NCBI GenBank assembly: GCA_038960095.1
Contig: CP152425.1
Coordinates: forward strand, 56,309 to 88,308
Reading direction: 5' to 3'
DNA: 32,000 nt
Source: Candidatus Symbiodolus clandestinus
Lineage (GTDB): Bacteria; Pseudomonadota; Gammaproteobacteria; Enterobacterales; G038960095
The notes beneath the pieces are model-generated. The model worked only from the letters and a program-made list of their open reading frames with translations, was not told where the DNA came from and did no database searches. Positions within the stretch are counted from its first letter, which is position 1; every line of letters begins with the position of its first letter. Shown here piece by piece: positions 6,721-16,401 of this stretch. The translations under genes and the position numbers were made by a program.

Positions 6721-6915
6721 GCAGCGGTAGTCCATTCAATGGGCTGCCGCTTTAGCCTGGATGCAGATCTATCCCCGTTAACCGTATATGGGATATTCAC
6801 CACCCAAAGGATCTCGATTAATGAACAGCAGGCAACCACTGCCATCTTTGACTCTATAGAGCCATTTTATAATCGCCAGCGCAGACATTCTACGCTAGGT
6901 TATCCTCACCTATAG
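6721..6915 (+). pseudogene. C-terminal remnant of a second, different IS3-family transposase
   Basis: The translation ends ..ISINEQQATTAIFDSIEPFYNRQRRHSTLGYPHL*. The motif IF.YIE.FYNR.R.HS.LGY is the conserved C-terminal signature of IS3-family OrfB. No upstream catalytic region or intact start is present. Confidence 0.55.
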
Positions 6916-6956
6916 ATGAAGTAGGTGTGTATTTTTTCCGGGATAGATCAGCGGCA

Positions 6957-7592
6957 CTATGATGGTACCCAATGGTTGTAGCGACGTTCATGACCAATGG
7001 TTGATAGCGGACCATGCCCCGGAATAAAGGTTACCTCATCTCCCAATAGCCATAACTTCTGTTGAATTGAGAACTGTAAAGTGGCTGCATCGCCTCCAGG
7101 CAGATCCGTGCGACCCACGCTGCCTCGAAACAGCACATCGCCTACCCAGGCTAGATGAGCAGCCGCACAGAAAAATACAAGATGCCCAGGCGTATGGCCG
7201 GGACAGTGTAGAACGGAGAGCTGCTGTTCTCCAAGAATAATGGATTCTCCTTCGGCTAACCAACGAGTGGGTCGAAAAGAGGTAACTGGGGGAGTTACGC
7301 CCAAAAGCTGACACTGCAGCGGCAGTGCATCTAGCAGTTCAGCCTCTGCAACGTGAGGACCTATCATCGGCACCCGATAATAGGCTGCTAATTGAGCAGC
7401 AGCCCCCACATGATCAACATGACCATGCGTTAACAAAATCTGAGTTAAAGTTACCTGTTGGCGGGTAATCCCCTCAATTAACCGCTCTGCTTCACCGCCC
7501 GGATCAATCAGGGCCGCTTGCCGCGTTGCTTCACACCATAGCAGGCTACAGTTCTGCTGAAAATGGGTTACAGGAAAGATCTGATAATGCAT
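6957..7592 (-). CDS. gloC: Metallo-beta-lactamase-fold hydrolase, YcbL/GloC-type glyoxalase II
   Basis: 211 aa. It is collinear with recalled E. coli YcbL: IPVT.F.QNCSL.WCE.TR.AAL.DPGG, THGHVDHVG (the THxHxDH zinc motif), LHCPGHTPGH and TFIPGHGP.ST.G.ER. Confidence 0.85.
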   Translation of the reverse strand: MHYQIFPVTHFQQNCSLLWCEATRQAALIDPGGEAERLIEGITRQQVTLTQILLTHGHVDHVGAAAQLAAYYRVPMIGPHVAEAELLDALPLQCQLLGVTPPVTSFRPTRWLAEGESIILGEQQLSVLHCPGHTPGHLVFFCAAAHLAWVGDVLFRGSVGRTDLPGGDAATLQFSIQQKLWLLGDEVTFIPGHGPLSTIGHERRYNHWVPS

Positions 7593-7666
7593 TGGCTACT
7601 CCCTGTGCAGAAACATTCCAGGTATACAATTTCCACCTTTTCACTCATAGTGTATCCGATTAGCTG

Positions 7667-10600
7667 CTATCCGACTACTGCTATGGAAGAAGGTGTTTCT
7701 GATGCAAAGCCGCGTAAACCAACTACCTGCACCTGCTCGCGCTGTTGAAACAGCTTGCGTACCAATTTATAGGTAGTCCCCTGCTCAGGATGAATATTTT
7801 CAGGTGCGGCAATCAATAATTGGGTCTGTAGCCGATCACAAAGCTCAAATAGGGTGCTAATCGATTGGCTGTCTAAACGAGCGGCTTCATCAAGGAACAA
7901 AAGTCGACAGGGCTGATTATCTTTACCCCGTAGCCGAGCAGACTCCTCTTCCCAGCTCTGTACTACCATCATTAAAATAGCCATCCCGGTGCCAATCGCT
8001 TCACCAGTCGATAAGGTACCGCTTTCTGCCCGCAACCAGCCTTCACTGTCACGAAATATCTCGACTTTAAGATCTAAATAGTAACGGTAATCTAGGAGTG
8101 TCTCCCCCAAGGTCACCATGGATTGCTGACTAAAGGCTTGAGGTGTCAACTGCCGGTAAAGGGTGGCTAAAGCCTCTGAAAAGGCAAGCTGACGGTTACT
8201 AAACAGATCTTGGTAAGGGGCTTGGGGATCCACTAAAGCATTGAGTAATCTCTGATGACTATCATGGACCGTTACCACCAGACGCACCCCCCGAACTTGC
8301 CCAAACGTAACCTGTTGCAACCCTTGGTTTAATAGTTGAATGCGACTCTGCTCTCGTTGAATCGTTTTATGAATAATTGAAGCCACTCCTTTAGTGCTCA
8401 AGGTTAGGTGGCTTTCACGTAACGTCAACTCTTCCGTTAACCTGGCTAATTCAACTTCCATCTGTTCAATTGCCAACAGGGGGTCATCCGTCCGTAAGAT
8501 GTCTTGTCGAATTCGCTGCTGTAGATGTTGGTAAACTTTTTGATAAAATTCCAGTTTTTTGAGCAGCGCGGAAGCTCCCTCTGAGGCTCTTAATGCATCC
8601 CGTAAACTATCATTATCAGCAACCGCTTGCCGTAGTGCCCCCAATGCCCTATCGGAGATCGAGCGCAGTTCATCGGCACTTTGATAGGCAAAACCAGATT
8701 GCTGTAGCGCGGATGCCAAATGATTCGTGCGGACAAATTGTTGCACCTGGCTCCAGCGCTTTTTAGCCGCTACTAATTGCTGGCGCTGCTGCCTTTGCTG
8801 TTGCTGCTGTTGTTGGCAGTTTACCTGGAGTTGGGACAATGTCTGTTCAGAACAAGCCAATCGCTTGGCTAACTGTTGACGGTGCTGCTGGTTTACTTCA
8901 ATCGCCTGCTGTAACGACTGGCAGCGTTGCTCGGTTTGTGTCAAGGTTTCTGGTCCATCCTGTGGAGATAAGTCAGCAAGCTCTTGTTGCAACTCCTGCC
9001 GCCATTGCTGTTTGATCTCTAAAGTACTGGTTAAAGCCGCCAACGCCGCCTGCCATTGTCGCTGCTGCTGTTGGGCTTGCTGCTGTTGCTTCTGGGCTTG
9101 TTGGCGTGAGGCTTCTACGGTGGCTAGGTGTTGCCGTAATTGCTGGTTAAGGCCTTGTAGATCTTGATCACCTGCCTCAACCGGGATGTCGATAAAATGG
9201 TCGGCTCGCTGAATGACTTCTGCCAGTGCAAAGCGCTGCCGCTGCAACTGTCGCTGTTGTTGCTCTTGCTGCTGATAAGCAGCTTGTAACCGTGAAGGAG
9301 GTTGTGGAAGCTGCTGTAAGTTTGGCAGTTGTTCACTCAGCCTTTGGATCGATTTTGCGTTCTGTTCAACCCATTGTTTCGCCTGACGAGCCGCTACCAC
9401 TGATTGCTTGACTGTGCTTACCTGCTCACTGATATTCTGATCGAGTAGCAATGGGACTAGTGGCAGTAGCGGTTCCAACTGCTCTTGGGCTTGTTGCAGT
9501 TGCTGTTGTTGTTGCTGTAACTGTGTCTGGCGCTGCTTTAGCTGCCGTTGCTGCTGTTCGAGCGCTTGAAGCTGCTGTTGACCCTGTTTTAGAGATGGCT
9601 CTGGATCTTCAGTAAACGCTATCGCCAAATGGTCACTGATAAACTGATTAAAGGCTTGCTGCAGTCTCTCCCCTCGCTGAACCACTCCAGTGATCTCTCG
9701 ATAATCAGCCTCTACGGCTTTCTGCTGTAAACGTAATGCTTCTAGCCGCTGCTCGCGCGCGCGACGACCAAAAAGAGGCATTTCAGGTAGGCGTGAATAG
9801 CGCCACTGTCGATCCGTTAACTGTACCATCACACCGTTGGCGTAGCGGTGAGCTTCAAATAACTGTTCATTAAATGCCTGCGGATCACCTTCAATCAAGT
9901 AAAGATCTTCCACGGGGCACTCTAAAGCCAACAACCGTTGCTGAGCTTTGGCTAAATCAGCCACCACAATTGCCTGCCGAGCGGGTCCATACAATGCTGA
10001 GTAATAAGGCGCCTCTTCTAGCGAGATCTCCTCATAAATCTCAGACAGCAAACTTCCCCCCAACGCTTCTGCTAAGGTGTTCAGTTCACTCTCTTCTACA
10101 CCACCGGGTTGCTGCAAAACGGTTATCTGCTGGGATAAGGCTTGCTGTTGTGCTTGCAAATCCGCCTGCTGGCGCAGCCATTGCTGCTGGCTTTGCCGAA
10201 GCCTTTGCAGTTGGTCACTGATCGCCTGGCTGTCGGTTAATGGCTGTTGGCATTGTTGACTCAATGCCTGTAAGGCTTGCTGGGCGGCTAGCCAAGTGGG
10301 GGCTCTTTGCTGCTGGTGTTGCTGCTGCTGAGTGAGTTGGCGGATTTGCTGCTCGATCTCAGCATGCTCGACCGATTGCAAGGAGAGCTGTTCTACCAAT
10401 TGTTGCTGGATTTGCTGCTGTTGCTGCCGCTGCTGCAGTAGCTGTTGTTGATTGGGCAGTGTCTTTGATGGTAATGACTGCTGTTGACAGAATCGCTGCC
10501 ACAAATTCTCGGCCTGCTGCTGCTGTAATAATCGCTGCTCTGCTTCAACCTGCTGTTGCTGTAACCAAGGCAAAGTATCGGCCAGTCGCTGCTGATCGGA

Positions 10601-12100
10601 TAGCTGTTTTAGAAGCCTACCGGTTTGTTCATAAGCTTCGGTGGGTTCAATAGATGCCTTGCCAACTAATCGGCTGATCTGCTGGCAAGCCGTTGAAAAT
10701 TGTTGAGCGGCCGCTTTGGCAACACTCAGCTGTTGCGATACGATCAGCAGTTGTTCGGTAGCCGCCTGCAGAGCCTGCTCAACTGATTTCTGGTGCTGCG
10801 GAGCATCCCCTGGTTGTAATTCTGGTTGCTGGCAAACCGTTCGGGCCTGTTCCAGTGCTTGCATGGCTTGCCGATAACGGACCGCCCGTACCTGCTGTTG
10901 ATCCAGTGCTTGCTGTTGATCGGCTAATTGGTTCCTGAGACTATCCAGCTGTTCGTTACAGCGCTCTACCTGCTGATCGGCTTGTGCCAACTGCTGATCC
11001 GCTTCTATCAGCTGTTGCTGTTGCGCTGTTAATTTCTCCTGTAACGCCAACTCCTCTTCCTGACAACGAGCGATCTTAACTTGCTGCAGGGCAGCCCATT
11101 GCGCCTGCTGGTATTGCTGTTGCCATTCGCTCTTTTGCTTCTGCTGGTCTAGTAACTGCCGTTGCCATTGGCTGATCTGCTGTTGCTGCTGCTCGCACTG
11201 CTGCTGAAATCCTTGCAGGGCGTGACGGTCAGTAAGCTGTTGTTGCACCTGCTCTCGCCGTTGATTGCGCTGGCGCATATAATCTGCGGCTACATAGTGA
11301 GTCACGTGTAGCATCAGCTGTTTAAATAGATCCCTATCCGCTTGAGTATGTCGAATCGCCGCTAAGGTCAGTCGATTCTCTCGTAAAGCAGCCTCCATAT
11401 CTTGGAAAGCTTTACGGACTCCACCATTATCTGGGAGTAGATAATCCCGCAGAGATCGGGTAATCGCACTAGAAATTCCCCCGTAGAGAGAAGCTTCGAT
11501 TAATCGATAAAATTTTTGGCGATCCGCTGCCGCCACCAGACGCTTGGGGATCACGCCTCGATCAAAGAGTACCGCATGATAATCAGTGATAGAGTTAAAA
11601 ACTTTAAAGTAAACGGTGCTCTTTTGAGCGGCCAGCCAGCTCTTAATGGCGCTGAGTGGCCGTATTCGTACTTCAGCTTTTTCTGGCAGCTTCTCGGTAA
11701 ATAGCGCCAAGATATTTTCAGACCAATCCTGAAGCAAAAAGGGCTTCAGATCGATTTTACCCTCCCGTCCAGAGATCTGTTGTAATCGCACTCCGAACAG
11801 TAGCCGCTGCTGTTGAGCGTTAATCACTTCAACCACGGCGTAGCAGTTCCCAGGGCGTAATTTACCGTAAAGCCCTTTATCACGAGAGCCTAGTGTCGTG
11901 CCTGCTTCGGTCGTATTACGAAAATGTAATAAGGTTAAATCGGGAATCAAGGCGGTTATAAAAGCCGCCATGGTGGTTGATTTACCAGCTCCATTGCCGC
12001 CTGACAGGGTAGTCACCAGGTTGTCGAGATCAAACGTTCGGGCAAAAAAACCATTCCAATTGATTAAAGTGAGTGAACAAAACTTACCCCTAACTAACAT
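7667..12100 (-). CDS. mukB: Chromosome partition/condensin protein MukB
   Basis: The N-terminus [47 protein letters not shown] matches E. coli MukB, including the Walker A motif. The C-terminal head has [11 protein letters not shown]. The start was set at ATG 12100 by homology; the track ORF begins 7 codons earlier at GTG 12121. Length is 1477 aa versus about 1486 in E. coli. Confidence 0.95.
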   Translation of the reverse strand: MLVRGKFCSLTLINWNGFFARTFDLDNLVTTLSGGNGAGKSTTMAAFITALIPDLTLLHFRNTTEAGTTLGSRDKGLYGKLRPGNCYAVVEVINAQQQRLLFGVRLQQISGREGKIDLKPFLLQDWSENILALFTEKLPEKAEVRIRPLSAIKSWLAAQKSTVYFKVFNSITDYHAVLFDRGVIPKRLVAAADRQKFYRLIEASLYGGISSAITRSLRDYLLPDNGGVRKAFQDMEAALRENRLTLAAIRHTQADRDLFKQLMLHVTHYVAADYMRQRNQRREQVQQQLTDRHALQGFQQQCEQQQQQISQWQRQLLDQQKQKSEWQQQYQQAQWAALQQVKIARCQEEELALQEKLTAQQQQLIEADQQLAQADQQVERCNEQLDSLRNQLADQQQALDQQQVRAVRYRQAMQALEQARTVCQQPELQPGDAPQHQKSVEQALQAATEQLLIVSQQLSVAKAAAQQFSTACQQISRLVGKASIEPTEAYEQTGRLLKQLSDQQRLADTLPWLQQQQVEAEQRLLQQQQAENLWQRFCQQQSLPSKTLPNQQQLLQQRQQQQQIQQQLVEQLSLQSVEHAEIEQQIRQLTQQQQHQQQRAPTWLAAQQALQALSQQCQQPLTDSQAISDQLQRLRQSQQQWLRQQADLQAQQQALSQQITVLQQPGGVEESELNTLAEALGGSLLSEIYEEISLEEAPYYSALYGPARQAIVVADLAKAQQRLLALECPVEDLYLIEGDPQAFNEQLFEAHRYANGVMVQLTDRQWRYSRLPEMPLFGRRAREQRLEALRLQQKAVEADYREITGVVQRGERLQQAFNQFISDHLAIAFTEDPEPSLKQGQQQLQALEQQQRQLKQRQTQLQQQQQQLQQAQEQLEPLLPLVPLLLDQNISEQVSTVKQSVVAARQAKQWVEQNAKSIQRLSEQLPNLQQLPQPPSRLQAAYQQQEQQQRQLQRQRFALAEVIQRADHFIDIPVEAGDQDLQGLNQQLRQHLATVEASRQQAQKQQQQAQQQQRQWQAALAALTSTLEIKQQWRQELQQELADLSPQDGPETLTQTEQRCQSLQQAIEVNQQHRQQLAKRLACSEQTLSQLQVNCQQQQQQQRQQRQQLVAAKKRWSQVQQFVRTNHLASALQQSGFAYQSADELRSISDRALGALRQAVADNDSLRDALRASEGASALLKKLEFYQKVYQHLQQRIRQDILRTDDPLLAIEQMEVELARLTEELTLRESHLTLSTKGVASIIHKTIQREQSRIQLLNQGLQQVTFGQVRGVRLVVTVHDSHQRLLNALVDPQAPYQDLFSNRQLAFSEALATLYRQLTPQAFSQQSMVTLGETLLDYRYYLDLKVEIFRDSEGWLRAESGTLSTGEAIGTGMAILMMVVQSWEEESARLRGKDNQPCRLLFLDEAARLDSQSISTLFELCDRLQTQLLIAAPENIHPEQGTTYKLVRKLFQQREQVQVVGLRGFASETPSSIAVVG

Positions 12101-12837
12101 GGCTGTCCCTCGATCAGCCACTCACGCTCCTCAACGTGAGCAACTTCATGCTCGTCAGGACGATCCGTCGTTTCAGCAGCTCCATAGCCTGAAAAAGCGG
12201 GTGGAATCACGGCTTCTCCTTGACGTATCAAGCGTTGTTGAGCTTGTTGTGGATCTTCACCACTGCGTACATCGGCAGCAAAGCGAAAAGCCACTTCGGT
12301 AATGCGAAAATAGTCCCCTTCCTTTGCCATCACTACAACGCCTATGCGTTTCAGACGGTTGAGAGCAATTTTTACCTTTTCCATGATTTTATGACGGTCT
12401 CGATCAGAGCCGCTGGCGCGGGCATTGACCCAGCCCAACAGCTTTTGCTGATCCACCAGGGTAAATAGTGTCTGATAAAGATCGGTAAGGGTAAATAAGC
12501 CCTGTTGGTTAAGCCGCTCTGGGCTTAAATAAAGATAGCAAAGCAACTTACCGACTAACATCTCCCACTCTGATAACAGGGCACGAGCAATCAGTGTAGA
12601 TGCTTTGGGGCGCAAATAGAAAAATCCCTCAGGAGCTCGAATCAGCTCAACCTGATACCGTCCGTAAAACTGCGATAGTGCCTCCTGATGATCAAGCAAC
12701 AGGGGATACCAATCGACTAACTCTTGGCTAATATGACGTCCTGAACGTAAAGCGCTATCCAATGCCGGAAATTGTGGATGCCCAATCATAGGCCACCAGG
12801 GTTCAACCGGTGGATTTTCAGTAGTGATCGATGACAT
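12094..12837 (-). CDS. mukE: MukBEF complex subunit MukE
   Basis: [42 protein letters not shown] and [14 protein letters not shown] match E. coli MukE. The start was set at ATG 12837 ([10 protein letters not shown]); the track ORF is extended upstream by 43 codons. The 3' end overlaps the mukB start by 7 nt. Confidence 0.9.
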   Translation of the reverse strand: MSSITTENPPVEPWWPMIGHPQFPALDSALRSGRHISQELVDWYPLLLDHQEALSQFYGRYQVELIRAPEGFFYLRPKASTLIARALLSEWEMLVGKLLCYLYLSPERLNQQGLFTLTDLYQTLFTLVDQQKLLGWVNARASGSDRDRHKIMEKVKIALNRLKRIGVVVMAKEGDYFRITEVAFRFAADVRSGEDPQQAQQRLIRQGEAVIPPAFSGYGAAETTDRPDEHEVAHVEEREWLIEGQPC

Positions 12838-14140
12838 GAGCCTGTACCTTAGCACCATAATGGTTGACCGGCTGCCAAGTAGCTGGTTTTGCCTGGAACT
12901 CCGCCTGGGCCAATCCGAGTTGTACTGCTTGTTGAATAAAGAGTTGTGCGACCGCAAAGTGCGCACAGCGAGGTAAAGGAGCTAAATAGTGCTGCAGTAA
13001 CTCAGGCAGATTCAGTGGTTGTTTATGCGTTTGATAATCTTGCAACAGCTGCTGAATCGGCTGTTGGTGCTGCACATCAAGCGCATCAATGGTTTCAAAC
13101 AGCAAATCAGCCGGTAGCTCTCCAGTCACCTCTGTAGGCGTTTCTGGTAGTTCGTCCCGAAGATCCAGTAGCCGTTCCGCTTGCACCACGGTTAATAGCC
13201 AGGGGGAGTCGAAACTCTGCTGAATCGATTGTCGCAAACGTTGTGCCAATACCCGATTTTTATCTAAATCGATGGCGGTACGGATAAATTGATGGACATG
13301 ACGATCATAGTGGCTCCAACGCTCAATCGCTTGCTCTCCCCAACCCATTAATCGATCGAGGGTGATCTGCAGTGTTAGTACCTGTTGCTGTATAAAAACC
13401 AGTGCTGGCTGTTGACTGACCACCTGGTGAATGCGTAACAGATGGCTTTGCAGCTGATCGGCCGTCGCCTCTAAGGTATCTTGCAGCTCTCGCAAGGTTT
13501 TCGAGGTTTCACTCAATAACTGCTCACAGCTGCTGATAGCGGCTTGCCAATCCTGATTTAGCAACTGAGCGATGGTCTGCTTCACCATTTGCTGCTGCTC
13601 ATCCATCAATCGTTGACTCATATCGATATTATCGAAAATATCCGCCACCGAATAATTTAACAGTGCAAACACCTGCTGCCGCCAGTGGCGCTCATCACCC
13701 CCCTGCTCAGCCGCTTCAGCCGCCTGCTGGATCGCCTGCGCAACTAAAGTCAGTTGCAACGATAACCTCAGCGTTGAAAACTCGCGTTGGCGCATAAAAT
13801 GGTGACTTAAGGCAATGCCTAAAGTGCTCAACCGATAGCGAGCAGCCTCAACCATAGGATCAGTCAGAAAGCGGTTTAACAGCCGCTGCTTAACCAGATC
13901 ATTAATCGCTTGGTTAGCTCGAGCAACCAGTAACTCATCGGAACAACCGAAGCCTTGAGCCACTTGGCGAAAACGGTCAATTAATGCTGCTTCACTAAGC
14001 TCATCCTCCAGCTGCTGCGGAGCAGTAACCGCAATCGCCAATAAAAAGGCGATTTTTTCCGCTGACAAGGTTAAGCTAAGATCCTGCTGCTTTACCCACT
14101 CTACCAGCCCTGGAACGTTCTGTTCAGCCAGAGGATTCAT
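12818..14140 (-). CDS. mukF: MukBEF kleisin subunit MukF
   Basis: It is collinear with E. coli MukF: [71 protein letters not shown] and [12 protein letters not shown] at the C-terminus. With the start at ATG 14140 the product is 440 aa, the same length as in E. coli. Confidence 0.92.
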   Translation of the reverse strand: MNPLAEQNVPGLVEWVKQQDLSLTLSAEKIAFLLAIAVTAPQQLEDELSEAALIDRFRQVAQGFGCSDELLVARANQAINDLVKQRLLNRFLTDPMVEAARYRLSTLGIALSHHFMRQREFSTLRLSLQLTLVAQAIQQAAEAAEQGGDERHWRQQVFALLNYSVADIFDNIDMSQRLMDEQQQMVKQTIAQLLNQDWQAAISSCEQLLSETSKTLRELQDTLEATADQLQSHLLRIHQVVSQQPALVFIQQQVLTLQITLDRLMGWGEQAIERWSHYDRHVHQFIRTAIDLDKNRVLAQRLRQSIQQSFDSPWLLTVVQAERLLDLRDELPETPTEVTGELPADLLFETIDALDVQHQQPIQQLLQDYQTHKQPLNLPELLQHYLAPLPRCAHFAVAQLFIQQAVQLGLAQAEFQAKPATWQPVNHYGAKVQAHVIDHY

Positions 14141-14963
14141 CCACCCCCCTGATACCAACCTGACTCAGTTGCCGAAGTGGTTTTTGCACTAAATAATGCA
14201 GATAGCGGCCTAACGATACAAAAGCCGGTTGCCGACAGTAGTGTTGTTCTAAAGCCACAATGGCTTGTGGATCAAAGTTTTGTTGCACGCTGGGTTGCCA
14301 ATAATCCGAAAATACTCTGACGCCACTTTTAGTAAGCGTAGTCAATGATAACGCTGTTAACCAATGGTCGATCTGCTCCCCAGTGAGTGGGTGAGGCGGT
14401 TGTAACGAGCCTGAGCATCGACGCTGGGTTGTCGTCAGTCGCTGTGGATGAATATTCCCCAGCAACAGATTACGAAACAGCAGACCATGCGCATTATAAA
14501 ACATTAGGGAGAGGATACCACCTGGACGTAAACAGTCGCTCAAGGGTTGCAAAGCACTAACAGGATCAGCCAGCCACTCAAGGACGGCATGACAAAGCAC
14601 CAGATCAACCGGTTGCTTCACCACCTGTGGTAACTGCTGTAGCGGCTGCTGAATAAACTGCATTTGCCGCAGAACCCCAGCCTGTTCAGCCGCCTGTTGT
14701 GCACGCTGCAGCATCTTTTCCGAGATATCACAGACGATAAGCTGATGGCCTAATTCAGCGAAACGCAGTGCTAACTGCCCCAGCCCAGCACCGGCATCAA
14801 TAATTCTCAAGGGAGCAGGAGGCAGTTGAGTTAACACACCGCTTAAATCTTCCCATAACACCGCTTGGCGAATCGTCCCTTTCAGCGTGCCATAGATATG
14901 ATCCTCAAATTTATTGATGAGATCATTAAAATTACGATCTGCCCGATCGGCTTCAATGCCCAC
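14124..14963 (-). CDS. cmoM: SAM-dependent tRNA methyltransferase CmoM (SmtA)
   Basis: DRNF.D...KF...IYGT.KG..RQA.LW.DL, the SAM motif DAGAG.GQ, and [28 protein letters not shown] and LGRY.H all match E. coli SmtA/CmoM. Its position immediately upstream of mukF is as in E. coli. The start codon is uncertain (GTG 14963). Confidence 0.85.
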   Translation of the reverse strand: MGIEADRADRNFNDLINKFEDHIYGTLKGTIRQAVLWEDLSGVLTQLPPAPLRIIDAGAGLGQLALRFAELGHQLIVCDISEKMLQRAQQAAEQAGVLRQMQFIQQPLQQLPQVVKQPVDLVLCHAVLEWLADPVSALQPLSDCLRPGGILSLMFYNAHGLLFRNLLLGNIHPQRLTTTQRRCSGSLQPPHPLTGEQIDHWLTALSLTTLTKSGVRVFSDYWQPSVQQNFDPQAIVALEQHYCRQPAFVSLGRYLHYLVQKPLRQLSQVGIRGVDESSG

Positions 14964-15072
14964 ACACTTGATCCCTTATCCGCTAATGATAGTTGGCTAA
15001 GAGGATGCCCCTGATAGGCACGATTGCTCTCATTTTGCAAACGTCTATCCATGAGTGCATCCATCCGTCGAC

Positions 15073-15101
15073 ATAATAATTTTTGTGGATAATGGCGTCA
15101 A
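15073..15101 (-). promoter_or_regulatory. Candidate sigma70 promoter for the cmoM-mukFEB operon
   Basis: On the minus strand: TTGACG (15101-15096), a 17-nt spacer, then TATTAT (15078-15073), about 100 nt upstream of the cmoM start. Confidence 0.4.
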
Positions 15102-15166
15102 TTCAGAACATTAAATAAACCGAGGTAAAATCTTAAAACAATGCGTTTGATCTGGGAATGGCTAGC

Positions 15167-15194
15167 GGCTGTAACCCCTATTGCCAGTTACAGC
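15167..15194 (-). terminator. Possible stem-loop downstream of the 15210 OMP gene
   Basis: gctgtaac (15168-15175) pairs perfectly with gttacagc (15187-15194) around an 11-nt loop. No clear U-tract follows on the minus strand, so this is weak. Confidence 0.25.
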
Positions 15195-15209
15195 TACTTT
15201 AGAAGAAAT

Positions 15210-16064
15210 TTAAAATAGATAGCGCAAGCCAATCTGCCCGCGATGAGCTCCATTTTTAGGTTCGAATTCTAGTTCTTTTGTTGGTGTCCAGCAGCTCCAA
15301 CGATAACCCACTTCGAGTGCTAACTGCTCAGTGAATGCATACTGCCCACTGAATGCTAATCCAACAGTGACTTGCTTCTCGCTAATATTTTCAGTATTTG
15401 ATAATGTTGTCTTCTTTCCCGTTGAGCGCTGGTCAATTTTTGATGTAGACTTCTCTTCCCAGGAGAGTTTATCATAACTGCCTTGCAAAGCGGCCCGCAC
15501 GCCCAACTGCTGATTAAAGGCCACTTTATAGCCCAACTCTACCCTAGGCGCTAGACCAGCTTTTATATTGGTTTCAAGCTCCATTTCCGTAATATCAGTA
15601 ACAGGAATTGTTTTGCTATAAGGCTGCTCTACGCCTCCTGCTGTTATGGTAACTGATTGTCCCTGTATTGGGTTAGCAATGGTCTTGGGCTCTTCTATCT
15701 TAGTATTTTCCTTGAAATTAATTAGCTGGCCAGGCCGGCTGATGCCCCCTAATAGATAGAAACTAGAGTTCTCGTCACAGGGAAAGTAATAGCCTAATCC
15801 GGCAAAAAAACTGAGTTGGCGATTCTTTAAGTAGTGAGCACTGGCTTCAATAAAAAGCTGGTTATCAAAGTCATAACTGCCATGAACATACCCCCCTAGA
15901 CTTGAAGCCTTCAGATCCTCCCCTGCATCAACCAGAGAACCGATCCAGCCATCTCTATCCATCGTTGCTCCACCTGAGAGGAAGCGATAGCCATTGATAT
16001 CAGCCTCAGCGACTGGCAATGTCAAAGTCCCTAGCAATATCACTGCTATTTGCTTAGTCTTCAT
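15210..16064 (-). CDS. Outer-membrane beta-barrel protein, paralog 1
   Basis: Signal peptide MKTKQIAVILLGTLTLPVAEA. The sequence shows alternating amphipathic beta-strand patterns and a C-terminal GLRYLF with a terminal aromatic residue, the usual OMP targeting signature. It is a paralog of 20590..21627. Confidence 0.7.
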   Translation of the reverse strand: MKTKQIAVILLGTLTLPVAEADINGYRFLSGGATMDRDGWIGSLVDAGEDLKASSLGGYVHGSYDFDNQLFIEASAHYLKNRQLSFFAGLGYYFPCDENSSFYLLGGISRPGQLINFKENTKIEEPKTIANPIQGQSVTITAGGVEQPYSKTIPVTDITEMELETNIKAGLAPRVELGYKVAFNQQLGVRAALQGSYDKLSWEEKSTSKIDQRSTGKKTTLSNTENISEKQVTVGLAFSGQYAFTEQLALEVGYRWSCWTPTKELEFEPKNGAHRGQIGLRYLF

Positions 16065-16285
16065 AAATATTATCCCTAATGGTTAATGCGAATTAAAAAA
16101 CTGAAAAAATAATTTTACTAGAAAATATACCATTATTGTAATTATTTTCAACTAAAATATTTAAAATTTACTCATTTTTAATTAATTAACTTAAAATTAA
16201 CTATTATTTCATCTTTTAGAAATATATACGGTTACCGATTGAACCAATGAGTGTTTTCAACAAGATTTTTATTTCTATACAACCT

Positions 16286-16313
16286 TTGACATTAAATAAT
16301 TTATTTATACAAT
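16286..16313 (+). promoter_or_regulatory. Candidate sigma70 promoter for the 16402 ankyrin gene
   Basis: TTGACA (16286-16291), a 16-nt spacer, then TACAAT (16308-16313). The context is very AT-rich, so chance matches are more likely. Confidence 0.4.
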
Positions 16314-16401
16314 ATATTATATTACCTATTAGATATTATACAGTTACATAATTTTATATTTGCACAAGTTTCACAGAGTACTAAAAGGACTGCAATAAAC
16401 C

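Noticed and set aside
7036-7748. Track ORFs 7036..7314(-) and 7563..7748(+)
   Set aside because: They overlap the well-supported gloC and mukB genes out of frame or antisense.
9124-12468. Numerous ORFs inside mukB and mukE: 9124..9336(-), 9226..9411, 9874..10221, 10077..10259, 10459..10653, 11516..11704, 11898..12302 and 12220..12468 (all +)
   Set aside because: They are Ala/Cys/Leu/Val-rich translations of the strand opposite CAG/CAA-rich coding sequence, which lacks stop codons. They are artefacts of the Q-rich mukB composition.
12946-13137. Track ORF 12946..13137(+)
   Set aside because: It is antisense within mukF.
12101-14158. Longer N-terminal extensions of mukB (GTG 12121), mukE (12966) and mukF (14158) given by the track
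   Set aside because: Alignment with recalled E. coli MukB, MukE and MukF N-termini supports the internal ATGs at 12100, 12837 and 14140. The extensions would overlap the upstream genes extensively.
14882-15064. Track ORF 14882..15064(-), 60 aa, overlapping the cmoM start
   Set aside because: It is out of frame with cmoM, has no RBS and covers the predicted operon 5'UTR. A leader peptide cannot be excluded but is unsupported.
15259-15269. ggttcgaattc, resembling a tRNA T-arm
   Set aside because: It lies inside the OMP coding sequence and has no surrounding cloverleaf complementarity. No tRNA was found anywhere in the window.
16078-16143. Short motifs shared by the upstream regions of the two OMP paralogs (AATGGTTA and ATTGTAATT; also at 21689-21723)
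   Set aside because: They are only 8-9 nt long, their spacing differs (57 versus 26 nt), and both regions are extremely AT-rich. Chance is a likely explanation.
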